Shown here piece by piece: positions 13,044 through 26,361 of a stretch of DNA of 64,000 nucleotides (its first letter is position 1; each line of letters starts with the position of its first letter). A program made the translations under genes and the position numbers. The stretch lies in contig OX597821.1 in NCBI GenBank assembly GCA_951406725.2, positions 37,200,001 to 37,264,000 of the forward strand. The letters are read 5' to 3'. The notes below the pieces were generated by a model that worked only from the letters and a program-made list of their open reading frames with translations, did no database searches and was not told the origin of the DNA. Source of the stretch: Octopus vulgaris (taxonomy: Eukaryota).

Positions 13044-14381
13044 ATATGTGTGTGTGTATATTTATAAATACATATGTATATATGTTTTGCCAATATAAAC
13101 CACAAAACAGTTTATGATGCATCAATGAGAAAAGCAGTGAATTTGGACAAAATTTTTGGTAATATTCACTGCTCATTGCACAGACATTCTTTTGTCAGTC
13201 TTGCTGGCAGAATTGTTTGCATACTGGACGAAATGTTTAGTGGCATTTCATCCATCTTTATATTCTGGGTTCAAATTCTTCCAAGGTCAACTTTGACTTT
13301 CATCCTTTTGGGGGTCAATGTAACAAGGACCAGTTGCTGCACACTAGAGTCAATGTAATCGATTAGCCCCCACCTCCCTCCCAATATTTCAGGCCTTGTG
13401 TCTATAGTAGAAAAGATTATTGGCTTCATTCACACAATATCTGATCAAACCCACTTACATCATAGCTAAAACTCTATCACAAAACTCACACTCTTCTTCC
13501 GGACTATCTAATGATCCTTGACAAAATGCAGAGGAGAAATACATGAACAGCACTGCCGCTACAAACAAATATTCTCAACCATCCAAAAAGAAAGTCATCA
13601 GAGTAATCAATTAATACTTGCTGTCTCTTCTCTCCATTCTAAAGTTGTCTCAACCACTTTTGCCCCTCTGAACACACTAGTTCCCTCCTACACACACCCA
13701 TCTCTTCCCCTCTCCCCAATCCAAGTGTTTCACTGACCAACATTGCACTAACCACTTAACCCTATCTTTCCTCTTCAGAGTTGCCACACCATCAACATAT
13801 TTCCTGCAAATGTCAACTTATAAATATTCAACTTCAACATTAACTGCAGCATTCAAGCCAGCCTCAGAAAACCTACAAAAGACATGGGCACAGCTCTTGC
13901 AACTAAGCCATTAAAAAAATGTAATTTGAATCACATATTATTTAATCAGAAATCTGGTTGTATATGTTCACATATAAATAATAACAGTGTAGAACTGCAT
14001 ATAGTGAACTAATTAAATCTGAATTTGAAAGCCTTTAACTCAGCAGTATTTTGTATTACATAATCGTTTTAAAATTCACTCTACCAAACAAACAGTCATA
14101 AATAATCACAATCTGAAGTAAAACTTGGCTGAGATTCAATAACTACTCTCATATTATATCAATCACTACATACAACACAACATTAATGACTTCAAAGAAA
14201 GCGAAATTTTTGAAGGAGAGCAAACCTATGATTGCTTCCAGCCCCAATCTATTGCACTTATTTAATCAAACCAAGTAGAATTTGAATTCACAACAAAGAA
14301 AGAGATGAAGCTGATACTGTAAGGCATTTCAAGATCAGAACTCTCTCAATATCTTCAACAAAATAATAAAGAAAGGCTTAC

Positions 14382-14448
14382 CTGCTTTAGTCTCTTCAGA
14401 GTCTGTTACATTGAAATACTCTTGGGAAGTTAACAAGGACAGACAATT
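14382..14448 (-). CDS. MED28: MED28 coding exon 2 (NCLSLLTSQEYFNVTDSEETKA-G)
   Basis: Acceptor ttatttcag, donor GTAAGC, 67 nt (phase 0 to 1); resembles the MED28 C..SL.SQ.Y.N..D.EE segment. Confidence 0.9.
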
Positions 14449-14559
14449 CTGAAATAAGGATACAATGTCAATATATTTTTAGAACACTGTTACAAATATT
14501 TTTTTATCCAATTCATTCATAATAATAAAGTTTTGAATGGTAAAAATGATAGTACAATC

Positions 14560-14930
14560 TAACTAGGGATAGACAAGTGGTTGGTGAGAGCTGTACAAGC
14601 TATGTACAGGGACACTGTCAGTAAGTTGAGGGTTGGCAATGAGTATAGTGAAGAATTCAGGGTACAAGTAGGGGTTCACCAAGGAGTAGTCCTCAGTTCC
14701 CTCTTGTTCATCCTCCAGGCAATAACAGAAGAATTTAAGTTGTGCTACTCCTGGGAGCTCCTCTATGCTGATGACCTTGTTCTTATAACTGAATCACTAC
14801 CAGAACTAGAGAAGTTTCAGATGTGGAACCAAGGTCTAGAATTGAAGGGCCTTAGCGTTAACCTAGAAAAAAAAATCAAAGTCTTAGTAAGAAAGCAGAC
14901 AAATCACAAATCCCTTCAGGTAGATGGCCC
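14560..14930 (+). mobile_element. RTE-like LINE reverse transcriptase fragment
   Basis: GVHQG.VLS.LLF and LLYADDLVL motifs. Confidence 0.8.
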
Positions 14931-15109
14931 TTTTATATACTCAAAGAGAACGGCGATAAATTTCTGAAATAGTAATTAGATTATGTTTATAACATAATCT
15001 AATTACTATTTCAGAAATTGCTTAGTTGATATAGTTTTTTGTAAGGTAGTAAATATTTGTAAAAAAATATAGTCTGTCAAAAATGCAGCAAAAACACCTG
15101 GTTTTGACC

Positions 15110-15318
15110 CGCGGCGAGCTGGCAGAAACGTTAGTACGCCGGGTTTCGTCTGCCGTTACGTTCTAAGTTCACATTCCGCCGAGGTCGACTTTGCTTTTCA
15201 TCCTTTCGGGGTCGATAAATAAAGTACCAGTTTCGCACTGGGGTCGATGTAATCGACTTAATCCCTTTGTCTGTCCTTGTTTATTCCCTCTATGTTTAGC
15301 CCCTTGTGGGCAGTAAAG

Positions 15319-15322
<4 letters not shown>
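15110..15322 (+). mobile_element. SINE family B (other copies ~7758-7990, ~13200-13420, ~28095-28320, ~37745-37930, ~63205-63410)
   Basis: gagctggcagaaacgttag...gaggtcgactttgc.tttcatcctttcggggtcgataaa shared among dispersed copies. Confidence 0.8.
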
Positions 15323-15371
<49 letters not shown>

Positions 15372-15761
15372 AGAAACTTCGGAGTCACTGTCACCAACCT
15401 TTTCGTAACAGTATAGTTAATATGTCCGCTTCAAAAACTGAGTAATACTTCAGTTCAATGGTAAACAGTTTTTAATATAACTTGACATAAAGATACACAC
15501 ACACATACAAACGCATGTGTGTGTAAAGATCGTACAGATTTATAGATCAGAAGAAGTGTTGGTCTGTTAATTCATATTAATTCGTGCAAAATTACATTAA
15601 ATACCTCTACTGAAAAATCAATTTTTTTAAAACAGACGAAATGTTTTATGTAAATGCTTTTTCATTGACTTTATTTCTATTTCTATATAAACAGAGGTTA
15701 TTTTAAAATTTACCAGTAAATAAAAATTGAGATTTCCGCGAAACAAAAGCAAAGAACTTAC

Positions 15762-15830
15762 TTGAAAAGCCGTCTCGAGTTCATCAATTAGATTGTGTTC
15801 ATTGTTTCTTTCATTTGATGGCATCGCCAT
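15762..15830 (-). CDS. MED28: Mediator subunit 28, coding exon 1 (MAMPSNERNNEHNLIDELETAFQ)
   Basis: ATG at 15830, 69 nt, followed by donor GTAAGT; L(I/V)DELE..FQ motif of the MED28 N-terminus; phase 0 joins exon 2. Confidence 0.9.
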
Positions 15831-15961
15831 TATTATCGGAAGTCTTTAGCTTGCACGAGACTGCAAAGTTCTGGTCTTTGAGTATATAATTTAATTACAA
15901 TATGTCAACTGAACAACGGTCGATCATAATTACAAAAGACAAAGTTGATCACCAAAAACAG

Positions 15962-16140
15962 AGACAAAATTCGCTGCCGATGAACGGTGTCAATGGGGCA
16001 TATGTAAAATAGGATGGGTTTCTTGAAATAGCGAAACGAAAACGAAATATCTAGACAAATCGCTGCTGATGAACGGTGTCAATTGGGTACATGTAAAATA
16101 GGATGGGTTTCTTGAAATACCGAAACGAAAACGAAATATT
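15962..16140. repeat. Two-copy tandem duplication (~90-bp unit) upstream of the MED28 ATG
   Basis: agacaaa..cgctgc.gatgaacggtgtcaat...ggatgggtttcttgaaata.cgaaacgaaaacgaaatat at 15962-16052 and 16053-16140. Confidence 0.9.
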
Positions 16141-16879
16141 GTTTCCTTTTGCGGTGATATTGCATTCTATTGACTCTTTTACATCTTATACTTGACATTT
16201 TGAAAATTAAATATTTTAAAATCTCTTAATAGTCCTTTTTTTCTCATGATATTTATACTTTTAAAATGTTTTAAAATATTACTGACTCATATATCTTTCT
16301 ATCTTAAAAAACTTGAAAAGTTATTTCTGGTTAAATACTTACATATTACCCATGTTTTTCCTCGCCTCGTAATACATGTTCTATAAAATTTTTCGGATAA
16401 TGTTTACAATATTACCCGGAAACGAATTGAAAACAGTAAAATTGTGCAACGGGTGTAAAAAAAAAAAATGTGTAGGCAACGAATATGAAAAGAAAAATGC
16501 GCGGAAAGCAACAGGGTTGGGGGACATCGGAAAATTCACAAAATCGAGTTATGTAAAAATATTTTGTTTTAATTTTATACTTTTACTTGTTTCACACACG
16601 CACAAACACTAACGTGGTTTTTATAAACAAAAAGAAAAATAATAAACCAGCCTGGCGGGTGTTAACAAGGATATAGAAAACTAATAGGGAAAAAAATGCG
16701 CGCTGACGACCCTGGAGTTGGGGAGGGGACTTTCGGAAAATTCACAAGATCCGATTTTTTCCGTCATGGAATCCCACGTTTTGGGATTTCACTTCCATAG
16801 CCATAGCGGTCCCTCCCCCATCAGCTTGGTGCTCCCTAGGAGTCACAATCACCGACCTTGCTTTTAAGTCCTCTTCCAG

Positions 16880-17390
16880 TCGATGGTGGCTGCCCTTGAG
16901 CAATTGCTGAAAAATATTGAAGTTATCGAACACCCTCAATTTTTTTTTCATACTTAGAAATTACCTCTCGATTCCAAAGCTTCTATATTTGCTCAGTGTC
17001 AGCTCATCTTACCGATTTCCATTGTGCCTCCAACATTTCAACAACCTAATCTTTGAGACACTTGAATGCTTAGTCAATGTCAAACTCTCTCCAACATTCC
17101 ACAATCAGGTTGCATTGCCCAAGCGATTTGGAGGTCTTGGTCTTCATAAGTATTCGTCCCTTTCTTTCCCTGCTTCCTTTCCTCCACTCACGCCTGCTCC
17201 ATCCTGTTATCTTAAAATATGGGTAACGAAAGGGGGCTATGCCCACCTTTGATCCACTGCAACCACCTACATATATACCTTTGCTCACATCTACACCCTC
17301 ACCTTCGTCATCACAACCACAACCAAACAAACCTTATGTCACTAGGACAGGCCGTACAGTTCATTGGCCTAAGAAACTCAGTAAGACTAT
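16880..17390 (+). mobile_element. Mixed retroelement relics: CRE-like non-LTR RT C-terminus followed by a Gypsy integrase tail
   Basis: LRN.LSIPKLLYLL...Q.ALP.RFGGLGL motif; then YVTRTGRTVHWPKKL. Confidence 0.55.
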
Positions 17391-18199
17391 ATCTGACATT
17401 TTTTCTTTTCCTTTCCTGTGATTTTCTTGTGCTGAACATTTCCATGCCTTGACATTGAACTTTGCAAAGAACATTTTTGTGCCTGTCTCTTGTATTTTGA
17501 TTGTGATCAATTTTTTTTTTCACTTATTGTTATTTGCTCTCACTGCCATTCTCTGCATTCTTGTGCTCTCCTACAACTTTTTAATTTCAAACCTGAGTTC
17601 TCAGGGGAGCCCTTTGTAATGTCGCTCAGAAGAACCATATTGAGATCTTGCTGCAAGCTATTAGCTGCTCGAGACAAAAGCAAGATCTTACAAACTTCTG
17701 GTGGGCATGCGCAATGAGCCAGTAAGCCTTTCTGGAAAGACACCTATATAAGACAGCTGTTGGGCTTGCTCACTCTCTGTTTCCCGCGCCTCTCTTTCTC
17801 CTTTCTCTCTCGTAGAGTTCGTATCATGCTGATGTGTTTACTAATTGTGTGAAGAGTAGTCGACCGTCTTACGCTGCTTTGCAGCGGTCTTCTGGTTGTG
17901 CTTTCTCTCCACCTTGAGGAGGGTCAGCAATGTCAACAGTAAAAAACATGTTCCATTCAGACCTTAGTGGGTCCGAATTGTCCTCTTTGGAGGAGGAGCT
18001 TGTACGAGCAGTTGATAGGATGGACAAGTGCTTAAGGAAGAAAAGTTTTGCGGAAATGACAGAAGTCACAAAAAAAAGGAGGTGGGCCTGACAACCAGAA
18101 AAATATGAGAAGATGGTATGTAAGTTAAGTTGTCACCACCCCAGGAAGTATTGGAAGAGATGGATAAGAAAACAGTGATATATAAGGTGTACTCTTTGG

Positions 18200-18720
18200 A
18201 AGAAAGGAAGATTGAAAATGTTGAGGCAGAAGTAATAGAAAAGGCAAGACATAGCATATCTTGCCAGTGGAAGCAGATACGGAACAATTATGGTTCATTT
18301 AAAGTCAGAAGGAAAAGCAAAAGAACACGCAGTAACCACAGAAAAGTCGGATAAAGTGGTCTTTTTACCCACTTATCTTGGAAGGAGTTCCAGAATTAGG
18401 GAAGAGGGAATCCCACCGGAAATAAATGTGGCTTAGGTTGCGGCGATTGTTCTTCTAGGAAATAAAGAAGTAATAGCTGTCCTCCAAGCCACGTAAACAG
18501 AAAATTCAGTATGGAAAGGCCAAACATTGGACCTGATCATACAGGGTATTGCAGAAACACTGGAAAATGTGGTGGAAACGGTGACCATTGGAGATGTAGT
18601 GTTGAGAGTGTGGGTGCAGAGCAGAACCCCTCGTTGCTTTAAATGTGGCCAAAAAGGCCACATTAGAGCCTTCTGCAGAAGCCAAGAAGTCTGGAGGAGA
18701 TTAGAAAGGTGCAGAAGGTA
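18200..18720 (+). mobile_element. Degenerate retroelement ORF1/gag with CCHC zinc knuckle
   Basis: RTPRCFKCGQKGHIRAFC (CX2CX4HX4C); upstream frame broken by stops. Confidence 0.65.
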
Positions 18721-19769
18721 CAAGAGTCACAGTTACATCAGACAAGGCTATTCTAAGCTTAGTAATCCTATCACATACCACAATTATCTTATCCACCCAT
18801 TTCTCTTAAAAGCATTTTGTTTATATCTGTACATGCTAGATCCAGCCCATGCACCCAGTCTGTCCCATCAATCATCCCCCACATCTCATCTTCTTAACAC
18901 CCATCCTTCTATCATCTAACTATGGCATTACTCAGCAACTGTAATCACTTCAGATCAGAATCAGCACATTTCACCTTCACCTTTTTTGCACATCTAGTTA
19001 TCTCCTACTTCCTCTGGCACCACTTTCTGTTAACAACCGTTCATTTGCATCCCTTCCTCACGCTAGTCTTTTTACTGATCACCTGTTTCTGTGCCGTATT
19101 TCACTCTACTCTGAGCTACACACCTCATCTTTAACACCCTCTCATATCTGCCATCAATGCCTCAACACTACTATAGCCACATGTATATGCCTCCATCTTC
19201 CGACACTATCCTTCCCCCACTCACTCTTACACATCATCTCCTTAATTTCTAATCTATCTATATGTTGCCACTTGTCACACCCTCATTACTGAGCCACTTC
19301 TCCCTCTCACCTTCCTTACTCTCCATACTGATATTTACTACCAACCACATCTCCATCCTTGTTCATCATCACATTAACCTCTATTCTCATCTCTAACCAT
19401 CTGTTCCTCTTCTTCCACTCTCTGTATTCTGTCTTATACTCACCTTCTTGTACCTTTATCTTCTTTCCAACTACTCTCACCCACCTTTATAAAATTGCAG
19501 GGTAGTCATGCATCTTCCTAACATAAGACTTGTGCTTGTTCCTTCTCAACACCTGGCATAAATCCACCTACCTCTTTCTCAAATACACCCCAACCCAGTC
19601 AAGAGACTTTTTCTTGTCTTGTAAGTTATTTGGCAACCTCACCAATGCTGGTAGCAAAAAAAAGAAAGACCCCCCCCCCCCAAAAAAAAAACAACAACAT
19701 ATAATTGTCCAACCCATGCCAGCTTGGAAAACAGACTTTAATTAATGATGATCAAAGTTGAAATCAAAA

Positions 19770-20215
19770 TCGGTGACTGGCATCCGTTGCTAGTGGAGCG
19801 CTAAGAGTTCCATACGAGTGAGATAGTTTCCAGAGCAACAAGCTGGCCTTCGTGCTGATAGCATGTTAAACACACCATTTGAGCATGATCGTTACCGCGT
19901 CGCCTTACTAGCACTAGTGCTGGTGGCACGTGAAACATTCGAGTGAGATTGTCACCAGTGCCTCTGGACTGGCTCCTATGCAGGTGGCACATAAAAAGCA
20001 CCATTTGGGCGTGGCCGTTGCCAGTACCACCAAACTGGCCCTCGTGCCGGTGACATGTAAAAGCACCCACTACACTCTCAGAGTGGTTGGGATTAGGAAG
20101 GGCATCCAGCTGTAGAAACTCTGCCAGATCAGATTGGAGTCTGGTTCGCCAGACCTCAGTCAAATCATCCAACCTATGCTAGCATGGAAAGCGGACGTTA
20201 AATGATGATGATGAA
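19770..20215 (+). mobile_element. SINE-like family C with internal ~60-bp tandem units and (ATG)n tail (about 15 copies, e.g. 850-1095, 10370-10870, 39670-40085, 43178-43430, 49565-49865, 54790-55190, 57260-57525, 58610-59000, 62275-62720)
   Basis: Shared 3' part aggaagggcatccagc.gtagaaac...ccaacccatgctagcatggaaagcggacgttaaatgatgatg; variable number of gtgccggtggcacgtaaaagcacc units. Confidence 0.8.
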
Positions 20216-21115
20216 TGATCTGGCTAGTAAACAAGTATTGAAGAGGAGTTGCTAAAACAGTTGTGCAGGGAAGAATATAAGACCTCAAAGCTAAACAAAT
20301 GCAAATAAAACTCAATATAATGAATTATTTAAAAGCAAACATTTTAAATTAAGGATATTGGTTAATTTAGCATCAGTGCTTTGTGTTCACATTTAGATAA
20401 TCTAAATTTTAATGATCTCTAATGCTAATGTCTGGTGAATTAAATGGATGAAAAAGCTGACAAAATATTCAGCAATTTTACTATTCAATGTTTGCTTATA
20501 TTAGTAAATTAGTACTGGTTTTGATTCAATGCCATATAAATTTAATGTTTGAGAGTTGAATGCATTGGCCATAACTACAATACATTTGTTGGTGACAGGG
20601 ATACAAACCATTTATTCTCAGCTGGTTGTCTGATACTCTTTCAACTCAACCATTTGTGCTCTCTTTTTGGTTTTGATTCTACAGTTTATTCTGAATAAAT
20701 TTGAAATACATCTAATTAAATTGATAAAAATGTCACACAAATCAACAACACAAAAAACCCGTTGTTTTCAATAATGTATCTTTATTTTAAGCATTGGTTT
20801 CTGGTAAAATGTATTATATAGTAAAGGGTATGTGTATTATCATAAAAATAAAATGTTAAATAAATGTGGTGATTGAATTATAAATACCCAAGAAGTTGTT
20901 AAAGTAGTATAACTTTTATCTTTTTTTTAATTTCCAAAAGAAACATTCTACTTAGTACTCACAAAAAGAAAAGAAAGAACATATATACAGAATACCAAAA
21001 TACTATTGTATATATTTAATGAAATATTTTTAATAATATACAATTACTTAAATTTTTACAACATTTGGCAACACATATCATTGCATAGATTTCATTAAAC
21101 TTTATAAATATATAT

Positions 21116-21238
21116 TTAAACCTTAGCATATATACTTAGTCCTTGCACAAATTCGTCCACTTTGGTTTTGAACAGTTCACTGGTTATTGGCTTGTTAAGT
21201 AAACACAATGGATTCTTAACAACATATTCAACATAGAG
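21116..21238 (-). CDS. TRAPPC1: TRAPPC1 coding exon 4 (LYVEYVVKNPLCLLNKPITSELFKTKVDEFVQGLSIYAKV*)
   Basis: Acceptor ttttcacag, TAA stop; YVE.VVKNP and SELF motifs; spliced total 143 aa. Confidence 0.93.
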   Translation of the reverse strand, partial: LYVEYVVKNPLCLLNKPITSELFKTKVDEFVQGLSIYAKV

Positions 21239-22292
21239 CTGTGAAAATACAAAAACATCTACAATAAGAGAAATGACGAGACATTTGTAATATGCTTTGT
21301 TTCATTAATAAAGGCATCACAAAAACCTAGGCTAGTCCAAGTAAGTGACATTTCTCATTTACCTGTTTGAGCCTGTCAGTTGTGGCCATGCTGGGGCACC
21401 AAGCTAAATTTTTACTGTTTTCTGTTTATGTGTACAGCCTAACTGATATATTTACAGCTCGGTACAATGAATTGTATCAAAATTTGCAATGAAACAAGTT
21501 CCTGTGTAGAAATAATGATTACCATGACAGATGTAATCAATTTTTACGAAAAATTTGACTGGGAAAGTTCGATTAAATTTCTAATTCATAGCAGGATCTC
21601 TTAGACATTAACAGGTTCATAATTATAGTGTAGGAACCCTGTTATGTAAGGGTAGCAAAGATTTAGACAAGAAATAAAGATTATCTGGGTCTACTCTTAT
21701 ATAAGAAAGTTTTTATTGCTAGCCTTGCTCAAAATAATTTTGGATTTTAACCCTGAGAAAGAATATGAGAAGAGTTCAAACTACCCCCCTATTCACTAAT
21801 GTTCTACATAAAATGAACTTCAGTACAGGATTTATTCCAGATATAAGCCATCTAACTGAGAACAAATATTTAGTTCAGATTATAGCAAAACCGACGAGAC
21901 TTGGTTAAAATTGTGATCATTCAGTTGACAGACTCATAAACCGACATGGTCTCTCTCTAAGGGTTATAACCCTTAAATTCTTTTAGAGAGCATAGAAATA
22001 TTTTTTAACAATCAATTTATATACATTCAAAAAGATGTCAGGATTGAACTGTAGATTTCTTAACTGGTGAGCTGTCTTTTGAGTGATTTAATCTGCTGTG
22101 ATTCTCTCAAAGCACATGCACTAAATCATTTTCCTGATTACTGTATATACAATAAAAAAAGAATAAAGAAGCCATATATTCTTGTTTATGTTTTTCATTG
22201 CACATGAACATGAAATTTGTTGTCTCTCAACAAATTCTAAGAAATGTAAATTAAAAGTAAAACTTAAAACAAAGGAATGAATCTTTACTTAC

Positions 22293-22431
22293 TGAACTAT
22301 AGATTTGATGCAGAATGTCCCGAATATTTCCAACATTCAAATCAGTCAACATAATCACTTTGATGCCACTAGGTGTCTCATAGAAATGAAGTTTGTAAAC
22401 ATTGGTCTTAAAATTGAGAAAGCCGTCTTTC
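22293..22431 (-). CDS. TRAPPC1: TRAPPC1 coding exon 3 (KDGFLNFKTNVYKLHFYETPSGIKVIMLTDLNVGNIRDILHQIYSS)
   Basis: Acceptor aaacttag, donor GTAAGT, 139 nt; YKLH.YETP.G.K motif. Confidence 0.93.
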
Positions 22432-24449
22432 CTAAGTTTGCATGTTAAGGAAAATAAATATTAAAAGGAAAAAGTTCTGTTTCCTATTCTAAAACTGAAA
22501 AAAAAAAGCATCATAGTATCCTAACATGGAAATTCTCTTCCTCCAATAAGGGGAGAATTTTTTCTTTTTTTTTTCCTGAGAAACATCTCAGTACTAGCCT
22601 GGAGAACCGGCTCAATTATTACATAGAAGCTTCCTCATTAGTTGTTTACATCACAATTACTAGCATCCAGGACTCTTCATACAATATCAATCAACATATC
22701 CACAAATTAGAATCCTGACATCACAAAATCTAACAACAGCACTAAACAAAACTAGAGAATATTTCATGTCACAATCAGATCACATCACATTCATCATGCA
22801 TAGCATGAATACTTTTGCTATCAATTTCTAAAGTCCTATAGTGCTTCCTGTGAGTGTGTGTGCACGCAAACGTGTATAAAAATGTATCATGTTCATTGCA
22901 AACTAGAAACATTGACAAAATTCGGAGTCAAGTATTACTTCTTGTATATGAATACGAACGCACAGAAACGCCTTTATATCTCTTTCTATACAAATACTGT
23001 AATTTGTATGCAGCATCAAGATTAAAACGACTTACGGCCATATTTGCAAATTCTTAACATCTTTTTATTCTTGTATTTGGAGAATGTCTGCCTTGAACGT
23101 TTCAGCTTTCTTTGTTATGAGCAAAAGTTCCTAAAGGTCTTCCAGGAACCTTCTTCAGCTTTTGAAGAGCTTGTGCCTTGTCGCTGTAAGCTTGCTCAAT
23201 GTATCCGTAGCAGGCTTCCCAAGTTTGACATGAAATTTCATGTTGGCTCTTTGTTCCAGCTTCCTGCCCATGACTACAGAACTAGTTTGGGAATCTTTTG
23301 ATACCACCTTGTACAAAACTAAAACTGCTTACAGCACCTGAACATGACAAAGCTGTAATCTTGCAGACAGTTCATCAGTTGAACACCAATGGGATGACAT
23401 TGAATGCTAGAACATCTTGGACAACCTTACACATTCACTTGACCAATATTGACTGGCAAGTTCCCAGCAGCACACCTTTGAGATCAAATATTACCAGTTG
23501 AATAATGGCTGTCTCCAAATCAGCATTTCACTTCAGCTTGCAGCTCTACAACTGACATTTTTATATTCCACCCATTGTCATGCTAACTCAGCATATTGCC
23601 TCCAAAGAGATCAAAATAAGATTTGGATGCTGCCATTTTCTATCACAACTAAAGCTGGTGGGGTTAGACTTGAGAGGATGGCAAAAGACCAAATGGTACC
23701 AGTCTTCTTTTTCTAAGACATCAAGATTCCATTCTGGGCAATTGTCATCAGACCCAAGGATCACAAGACGACAAAGTAATGACCACTGATATGTTTCTTT
23801 CCAAATTTACAACAACGAAAATTCTAATGTCTTGGGCCTCCAAACCACTTCCTTACTCAATCTGATTGGGGTAGAGGTGGCTATCCATAAGATTAAGGAA
23901 GAAAGAGCCATTCTATCCATGAAGTAGAATAGCTCTTTCAGTTAAAGCTTTCCTCCCCATTCTTTACTGTAACATATTTGTCATCTTATTTACTGAGACC
24001 ACAAAACATTTGCATCACTTGGGATACAATAACTGTCAAAAAAACTTGTTTGAATTTTTTTAGTAACAAAATAACCATAATCAACCAAACAATAAAATTT
24101 CTTTTTATTGTCATAAAACAGTTTTACATCCACAATGAATGATTGTTTAAATTTCAGGAGCTGATGTGTTTGATAATATGCATATTGTTCTGTCCTATTA
24201 CCAATCATTTGACTAAAGCAAATTAATCTCTTTGCCTTAAAAATGCAATTTCCAATCTACATTAGGGCTTCAACTCTTAATTTAACACCTTCATTACATA
24301 GCTATTGATAGTAATAGAGCATTTAAATCCTTACAACATTGTCACTATCTTTGCCATTGTTCATTCTTATCATTTAACATATACAGCTTTTAAAAAAAGA
24401 GATACAATTCAAAATTCAAATTGTTGTATGGAATATTTTGAAAGGATAC
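22432..24449 (-). other. U12-type (minor spliceosome) GT-AG intron, TRAPPC1 intron 2
   Basis: 5' splice site GTATCCTTTC; branch point TTTTCCTTAAC at 22454-22444, ending 10 nt before the AG; no polypyrimidine tract. Confidence 0.9.
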
Positions 24450-24520
24450 ATGTCTGATGGTGATATCCTGTGAATGAAAGATTTTATGGAAAACATCATG
24501 CCAAACATAAGTTTGTATTC
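24450..24520 (-). CDS. TRAPPC1: TRAPPC1 coding exon 2 (EYKLMFGMMFSIKSFIHRISPSD-M)
   Basis: Acceptor cttttacag, 71 nt, donor GTATCCTTT; EYKLM.GM.FSI.SF motif. Confidence 0.93.
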
Positions 24521-26361
24521 CTGTAAAAGAATTATTTTAGGATGTTAAATGTAAAATTGATGAAGATTACTCACAGCAATTCATATATCCAAATAGCTAA
24601 CCAACATAATACAACACCTGTTACTTTAAAAAAAAATAAAGTAAATTATGAAAAGCACATTAAAAATAAGCTACATGCTACTGTTTTTTAAAAAAGAAAT
24701 CGTATTATTTTCATGTTAGCATGAATGTTATGATTTTTATTTAAATAAAATAACAAAATAGGAAAGATGGAGAGCTTCTTACAATACAAAAGGGTAAAAA
24801 GTTCAATAACATTTATATATTTCAGGCACAAAGGCCCCTCAGAAGTCAACAGTCAAGAAATGTTAGTCTATACCAGTGGTTCCCAAATGGCGCAGCGTGC
24901 CTCATAGGTGCAGCGAAAGAGGATAGTAGGTGAGGTGGAATGATTGAAAGACATTCAAAGATTTAGAAATAGTTTCAAAAAATTCATATGCCAAAAATAA
25001 ATGATTTTTCAAAATTCAAAATATTATTACGGATTACTTGTAATTGCATGCAGGAGTCTCTGTATAATAGTTATAAATAATTACTGACAGATTTTATCAT
25101 ATTTTTCCATTATATCAATTATTAAAAATATAGTAACTAGGATCTGCAAATTGGAGGAGAGAGAGTTATCAATGATGACTTCAAATCTGCAGTTATATGC
25201 TTGTGCCTTTTCACCAGAACTTCCCTTCCTCTGAGCCGGTGTTTTCATTTCTGGCATTACAGCCAATGAAAAAATTAAAGCTAAACACAGAGTTAGGGTT
25301 AGATCATGGATAGATATTTGTTTTTTTAAAAAGAGTAAAGCATTAAGTGATAATGAAGATGATCATATTCCATTTGGGGTGCTATTTTGGCATGTGATCT
25401 ACAAGGGAGATTACTTTTCAATTTCTAAAAACCTGCAAGATGTTGGCTAAAGATTTCTACAATATGATCAGTGATGAGACAAAGGCAGTTGCATTTTTAC
25501 AAGAAACCAGCACTAAATTCATGTAATTTCTTAGGAAAACAAAAGGTGCCTCTTTGTCATGTGATCTACAATTTAAAGGGATATTAATTTAGGTTATTCT
25601 GTTGTGTCTGGGGAGTCATTTTCTTTTTGTGTCTTATAATGTAACACACTCACCAGTAAAATTTCCACTTATTTCTTAATTTTATTTTCCTAAAATTTTT
25701 GTTGCGTCTTGCAACCTTTTTAATAGTCTTGACTGTCTGTTATTTCCACTGTGTTACCTTTTGTTTGTTTGTGCACGTGTGTGTGGGTCAGTGAGTGTGT
25801 GTGTGCCTATGGATGCATGCATGTACATATGTATGTGTGTATGTATGTATGTATATATGTGTGTATCTGTATGTATGTATTCTGTATATTCATGTGCTTG
25901 CATGTCCGTGTATTTTCTATGTATGTGTGTGTGAGCATGTGCTTGTATATGTATACACCTCTGTCTCCTTGTGTGTGTGCGTGTTATACATCATCATCAT
26001 TGTTCGACCGTGGTTGAGACAATTACAACTATGTTATACAACTATGTACCATGTTTGTATGTATGGGTGGATGTGCATCTCTTCATGTGTGGATATGTGT
26101 CTTCATATGTGTCCTTGTGTGGAGTAAAGTGTGTGTGTATATATGGTCATGTGTGTCAGTCTCCATTTGCGTATGTGTGCTTGTCTGTTCTTATAACCTA
26201 TGTACCTATCCGTCTGTATCTTGATCTATTTATTTTCATATCCATATGCTTACATAAAAAAAAAAACATGTGCATATACACACACACATCTATCTATATA
26301 ACAGTCCACTAACTATTCTACTCTACCTGTGTAAACTGTGGCTATGGAGGTATTATATCTA

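Noticed and set aside
16064-16160. CTGATGA...GAAAC in the MED28 upstream tandem repeat as a hammerhead
   Set aside because: Stem II is out of register, no proper NUH/stem I junction can be drawn, and the first copy has CCGATGA.
25690-25735. Hairpin gttgc-gtctt-gcaac resembling a variant hammerhead stem II (minus strand)
   Set aside because: Catalytic core nucleotides are not present in this copy.
25751-26312. Cys/Val/Tyr/Met-rich ORFs (also 39-245, 48168-48545, 54443-54830)
   Set aside because: Translations of TG/TA microsatellite-like sequence, not genes.
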